DNA of 64,000 nucleotides from an uncultured Alphaproteobacteria bacterium (GTDB lineage Bacteria; Pseudomonadota; Alphaproteobacteria; 43-37; CAWALT01): NCBI GenBank assembly GCA_963782975.1, contig CAWALT010000002.1, positions 182,406 to 246,405 of the forward strand, read 5' to 3'. Shown piece by piece: positions 60,201 to 64,000 of this stretch (position 1 is its first letter; each line of letters starts with the position of its first letter). The notes under the pieces were generated by a model. It saw only the letters and a program-made list of their open reading frames with translations, ran no database searches and was not told where the DNA came from. The position numbers and the translations under genes were made by a program.

Positions 60201-61148
60201 GTGGGAAAAGATTTATCCTTGTTTGTGAAGAAATTCTTTAAGAGGCCTTTAGAAGCGGTCCTCGTTCTCTTCTTGCTCGTCTTGTCACGGCTTTTGCCGA
60301 TGGACGCCGCTTCGGCTCTTGGTGGCTGGATTGGTCGAAAAATTGGACCTTGGACGCGTTTTGCCGACGTAGCTTATCATAATTTACGTAGGGCTTTTCC
60401 AGACAAAACAGAAAAAGAAATTACTCGGATTTTCCTTGAAATGTGGGAAAATATTGGGCGCGTGGTATTCGAATATCCTCACCTTAGTAAATTGCAACGC
60501 AGGGGTCAAACGTCACGTATTGAGTGGGTAGGTACCGAACATCTTCGTAAGGGGCAGGCAAGAAAAGTTTATTTCTCCGGTCACTTAGCCAATTGGGAGG
60601 TCGTTGCTTTAGGAATCCTTAAATTCGAGGAGCACGTTCGCTTCGTGTACCGCCCTCCTAATAATCCCTTCGTCCATAAAATGTTACGATTTGTTCGAAG
60701 GCAAGCTGGAATCCTTACTATCCCCAAAGGACGTGTTGGAAGTAAAAGAATCTTAAGCTATATGACCAAAGGGGGTGCCATCGGTCTTTTAGGGGACCAA
60801 AAGATGAACGATGGCATAGCTGTGGACTTTTTTGGCCAGGAGACCATGGCGGCGTCAGGCATAGCAAAACTAGCACGTCGTTTTCAATGTCCTGTTATTC
60901 CGGTTCGGGTCGAGCGCCTTAAAGGTGTAAGATTCCGTATTACTTTTTATGAGCCAATCTTGCCGGCTGTTTTCCAGGAAGAAACCAATTCAGAAGAAGT
61001 GGTGACGCAACGCTTGTACAATTATCTAGAAAGTTGGATACGGGAGAGACCTTGGGAGTGGTTGTGGATTCATCGGCGTTGGACTCAGAGAAATAAGCCA
61101 GAAGAAAAGGCAAAGAATAACATGAGCCCTTATTCACAAGAAGGATAA
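60201..61148 (+). CDS. lipid A biosynthesis late acyltransferase (LpxL/HtrB family)
   Basis: N-terminal TM, ~300 aa. HX4D-like region (..GHLANWE..) characteristic of LPLAT/LpxL acyltransferases. Sits in a lipid-A operon context. Confidence 0.7.
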   Translation: MGKDLSLFVKKFFKRPLEAVLVLFLLVLSRLLPMDAASALGGWIGRKIGPWTRFADVAYHNLRRAFPDKTEKEITRIFLEMWENIGRVVFEYPHLSKLQRRGQTSRIEWVGTEHLRKGQARKVYFSGHLANWEVVALGILKFEEHVRFVYRPPNNPFVHKMLRFVRRQAGILTIPKGRVGSKRILSYMTKGGAIGLLGDQKMNDGIAVDFFGQETMAASGIAKLARRFQCPVIPVRVERLKGVRFRITFYEPILPAVFQEETNSEEVVTQRLYNYLESWIRERPWEWLWIHRRWTQRNKPEEKAKNNMSPYSQEG

Positions 61149-61155
61149 AGAGAAT

Positions 61156-62169
61156 ATGACCTATAATATTGCCGTGGCGGGTGCAACGACGACCGTTGGA
61201 CGTGATTTCCTAAATGCCCTTTGGGCACATGATTTTCCGGTTGGTGACCTTATTGCTTTGGGTACCTCCGACCAGTTAGGAAAGCAGGTGTCTTTTGGTG
61301 ACGAAGAGACCTTTGATATCGAGCCTATCGAAAATTTTGATTTTTCGCGGATGGACCTTGTGTTTTTCATGGGGGATGAATGGTTATCAGGGTATTATTC
61401 GTCGCGCGCGGCTCGAAGTGGAGCAGTGGTCATTGATTTGTCCAAGTTTCATGCCGGAAGCCCTACCATTCCTGTTATTTGTCTAGCGGCAAATGAACAG
61501 CAACTTGAAACGGTACGTCGAGGCGACATTCTTCGTTGCGCTGGAAGCCTTACTATCCAGCTTTGTTATTGCCTGGCCCCCTTAATAGGCCATTTTGACA
61601 TCTCCCATATTTTTTCTTGCGCGTTGCAGCCGGTCTCAAGTCAAGGACAGGCAGGAATGGATGAATTATTTCGCCAGACTCGCGCGATTTTAACAAACGA
61701 TTCCATTACTAAGACACAGTTTCATAAACAAATTGCTTTCAATGTGATTCCCCAGGTAGGTGAGTTTGCGGAAGATCATCGGACATTGGAAGAGCTCTTA
61801 TTTGAAAAAGATACCCGAGTCCTCTTAGGGGATCACACGAGTTTCAACGTGTCATGTATTCATATTCCTGTGTTTTTAGGCAGTGCGCAATCCATTACGT
61901 TGCTCTCATCTAAAGAGCTTGACATACCCCATATTGAACGTCTTTGGCGGGCCAAAAAGGCTCTCGATGTCATCTCGTCTTCCCCCGAAAACTATCACAC
62001 GCCCCTCGACTGCGTAGGAGAAGAGAAAATTTCGATTAGCCGCATTCGGCCTGCCAATGTTCGAAGGAATGGCATTACCTTCTGGTCGGTTGCGGATAAC
62101 ATTCATACCTTATCGAGCTTGCATGCGTTACGTGTAGCTGAAAAAATTGTGGCGAAAGGATTAAAATGA
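61156..62169 (+). CDS. usg: USG-1 family protein (aspartate-semialdehyde dehydrogenase paralogue lacking the catalytic Cys)
   Basis: Asd-like N-terminus NIAVAGATTTVGR..FPV. It has ..GSLTIQL..LAPLI in place of the Asd NCSTIQ nucleophile motif, as in E. coli USG-1 (..DSLTSQL..LKPLI), and a C-terminal ..FWSVADN...AEKIV. 337 aa. Confidence 0.6.
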   Translation: MTYNIAVAGATTTVGRDFLNALWAHDFPVGDLIALGTSDQLGKQVSFGDEETFDIEPIENFDFSRMDLVFFMGDEWLSGYYSSRAARSGAVVIDLSKFHAGSPTIPVICLAANEQQLETVRRGDILRCAGSLTIQLCYCLAPLIGHFDISHIFSCALQPVSSQGQAGMDELFRQTRAILTNDSITKTQFHKQIAFNVIPQVGEFAEDHRTLEELLFEKDTRVLLGDHTSFNVSCIHIPVFLGSAQSITLLSSKELDIPHIERLWRAKKALDVISSSPENYHTPLDCVGEEKISISRIRPANVRRNGITFWSVADNIHTLSSLHALRVAEKIVAKGLK

Positions 62170-62247
62170 AACTACTTGCGCCTTATTCTTTCCCCAAGTA
62201 TAGTGGGTACAAAAAATTTCTTAATGTGGGTAAGTTGGTGAACACGA

Positions 62248-62631
62248 ATGAAGCATAGTCGGCCCTTATCGCCTCACCTCCAGGTATATCGACCACAAAT
62301 AACGTCGGTCTTATCAATCTTGCATCGTTTCACGGGCCTTGCCTTTTGCTTTGGCTTGTTATTTCTCGTTGTTTGGCTTGCGTCTCTTGCTTTTAATGAT
62401 AATGTTTTTGAGTTTTTGCAAGCTTTTATCAGCAGCTGGATAGGTCTTATCGTTCTGTTTGGTTGGGTATTTTCTCTTTTTTTTCATTTGTTTAATGGTA
62501 TTCGGCATTTGATGTGGGATTTTGGTTTTGGTTTTGACTTAAAGACTGTCCACTTAACAGGCTGGTTAGTTGTGTTTTTGTCATTTTCTTTCACGGGCCT
62601 CGTGGGGATAATGGCGCTCTTTTGCTATTGA
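62248..62631 (+). CDS. sdhC: succinate dehydrogenase cytochrome b556 subunit
   Basis: RPLSPHLQVYRP motif, 3 TM helices, ~127 aa. sdhCDA order. Confidence 0.85.
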   Translation: MKHSRPLSPHLQVYRPQITSVLSILHRFTGLAFCFGLLFLVVWLASLAFNDNVFEFLQAFISSWIGLIVLFGWVFSLFFHLFNGIRHLMWDFGFGFDLKTVHLTGWLVVFLSFSFTGLVGIMALFCY

Positions 62632-62640
62632 GGAGATTAA

Positions 62641-63045
62641 ATGGCTGACAATATTCATTTTCGCACTCCGCTCAAACGATCAAAAGGATTGGGAGCAGCT
62701 CGCACAGGGACCTGGCATTGGGCTTACCAACGTCTTACAGCGTGTGCTCTTATTCCTTTAACTTTTTGGTTCCTTCTTGCTGCTTTGAGATTGGTTCGCC
62801 TTAATTATGGCGATGCTTTAGGATGGCTATCCCAGCCTTTGCACGCTTTCTTAATGAGCGTATTTGTACTTGTTGCTTCGTATCATGCCTATCTAGGAGC
62901 TCAGGTGGTATGCGAAGATTATCTTCATCGCAAAGGTGTTAAGTTTCTTGTCCTTATTGGTCTTAAAGGCGTTTTCTTTCTGCTTCCTCTTGTTTCTCTC
63001 TTTAGTATCCTAACGATCAGTTTTTCACAGCAAGTAATGGATTAA
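62641..63045 (+). CDS. sdhD: succinate dehydrogenase hydrophobic membrane anchor subunit
   Basis: ~134 aa with 3 TM helices. Lies between sdhC and sdhA. Confidence 0.8.
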   Translation: MADNIHFRTPLKRSKGLGAARTGTWHWAYQRLTACALIPLTFWFLLAALRLVRLNYGDALGWLSQPLHAFLMSVFVLVASYHAYLGAQVVCEDYLHRKGVKFLVLIGLKGVFFLLPLVSLFSILTISFSQQVMD

Positions 63046-63046
63046 A

Positions 63047-64000
63047 ATGGCTCTTAAATCTTATGAAATTATTGATCATATTTATGATGTGGTGGTTGTT
63101 GGCGCCGGGGGTGCCGGCCTTCGCGCGACACTGGGAATGAGCGCCGCGGGGCTGCGCACCGCTTGTGTTACAAAAGTTTTCCCAACCCGTAGTCATACAG
63201 TAGCGGCCCAGGGGGGTATCGGCGCCGCTCTTGGTAATATGGGTGATGGCGATAACTGGCGCTATCATATGTATGATACGGTCAAAGGCTCTGATTGGCT
63301 CGGGGATCAAGATGCCATTGAATATATGTGCCGCAATGCCATCCCAGCCGTTATTGAGCTCGAGCATTTAGGTGTGCCTTTTTCGAGAACGGAAGAGGGG
63401 AAAATTTATCAACGTCCCTTCGGTGGTCATACTATTAACCAAGGCCAGTCCATGGCAAAGCGGGCGTGTGCTGCGGCTGACCGGACAGGGCATGCTATTC
63501 TTCATACCCTCTATCAGCAATGTCTGAAATATCAAGCACAGTTCTTCGTTGAGTACATTGCTTTGGATTTGATTCTCGACCAGGATGGGCGTCCGCGTGG
63601 TGTTATAGCGTGGGATCTTGAAAATGGGACGATTCATCGGTTTGCGGCTAATGTCGTTGTGTTGGCAACGGGTGGCTATGGCCGGGCTTATTTTTCGTGT
63701 ACGTCGGCACATACATGTACAGGCGATGGCAACGCGATGGTTTTGCGAGCTGGTTTTCCTCTCCAAGATATGGAATTCATTCAGTTTCACCCCACAGGGA
63801 TTTATGGCTCGGGTTGTCTTATTACGGAGGGGGCGCGTGGTGAAGGTGGATACCTTACCAATGCCCACGGGGAGCGCTTTATGGAGCGGTATGCCCCTAA
63901 TGCTAAAGACCTTGCGTCGCGTGATGTGGTATCCCGGGCCATGACCATTGAGATTAATGAAGGCCGTGGCGTAGGAAAGAACAAGGATCATTTGTTGTTA
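63047..64000 (+). CDS. sdhA: succinate dehydrogenase flavoprotein subunit (5' part; continues beyond the window)
   Basis: [16 protein letters not shown]-binding motif and the SHTVAAQGG covalent-FAD His region. It has no stop inside the window. Confidence 0.95.
   Translation, partial: MALKSYEIIDHIYDVVVVGAGGAGLRATLGMSAAGLRTACVTKVFPTRSHTVAAQGGIGAALGNMGDGDNWRYHMYDTVKGSDWLGDQDAIEYMCRNAIPAVIELEHLGVPFSRTEEGKIYQRPFGGHTINQGQSMAKRACAAADRTGHAILHTLYQQCLKYQAQFFVEYIALDLILDQDGRPRGVIAWDLENGTIHRFAANVVVLATGGYGRAYFSCTSAHTCTGDGNAMVLRAGFPLQDMEFIQFHPTGIYGSGCLITEGARGEGGYLTNAHGERFMERYAPNAKDLASRDVVSRAMTIEINEGRGVGKNKDHLLL

Noticed and set aside
61156-62169. Aspartate-semialdehyde dehydrogenase (asd)
   Set aside because: The catalytic Cys motif NCST is absent and replaced by GSLT, as in the USG-1 paralogue. 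It is called usg instead.
63017-63991. Two long minus-strand ORFs (116 and 207 aa) at the window end
   Set aside because: They are antisense to the clearly genuine sdhA (FAD-binding and His-FAD motifs on the + strand) and have no features of their own.
1-64000. CRISPR arrays, transposases, integrases, and restriction-modification or toxin-antitoxin modules
   Set aside because: No short regularly spaced repeats and no DDE, tyrosine or serine recombinase motifs were seen. The only repeats are the 200-bp dispersed element and the in-gene tandem repeats.

Overview
This 64 kb window looks like chromosomal DNA from an alphaproteobacterium, probably a host-associated or intracellular lineage. The evidence is the gene content: conserved housekeeping genes in alpha-typical neighbourhoods (parAB, sdhCDA, hflKC-degP, secB-mlaC-mlaA, kdtA-lpxK-lpxL-usg, rho-hemJ, ftsK-lolA), moderate-to-low GC, and several secreted eukaryote-like or effector-like proteins (IalB-like, Sel1-like, tandem-repeat proteins). 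Most of the window is ordinary core genome. The confidently called genes are htpG, rnhA, ispH, ftsK, lolA, rluB, rsmD, a glnQ/glnP/substrate-binding ABC importer, ycbB(ldtD)/ycbK(mepK)-like genes, thyX, mrcA, mrp/apbC, hflK, hflC, degP, rho, pfk, gpt, parA, parB, fabI, coaE, dnaQ, secB, mlaC, mlaA, valS, ppiA, kdtA, lpxK, lpxL-like, usg, sdhC, sdhD, the 5' part of sdhA, and one tRNA-Gln(UUG). I found no CRISPR array, transposase, integrase, or recognisable defence or toxin module. The unusual signals are:
- A ~200 bp dispersed repeat with a terminator-like hairpin, present in two copies. One copy supplies the rsmD stop codon and abuts a roughly 60-codon remnant of trxB, which suggests an RPE/MITE-like element together with gene decay.
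- A cluster of secreted genes next to tRNA-Gln: a protein with a 25/26-aa tandem repeat, a Sel1-like protein, a basic Cys-rich small protein, and a divergently transcribed ArsR regulator. The composition is island-like, but no integrase or att repeat is visible.
- A 553-aa secreted protein with a C-terminal acidic 34-aa tandem repeat, and a secreted trypsin-like protein whose catalytic His and Ser appear to be replaced.
- A sensor histidine kinase immediately followed by a receiver-histidine-kinase hybrid, just upstream of parAB.
- Rho with a roughly 100-aa low-complexity N-terminal extension.
- An amino-acid binding protein with a ~75-aa acidic disordered tail.
- An ldtD-like gene whose signal-peptide leader sits out of frame behind an A9 homopolymer tract.
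All family assignments rest on motif recognition from memory of these families. No database search was run.
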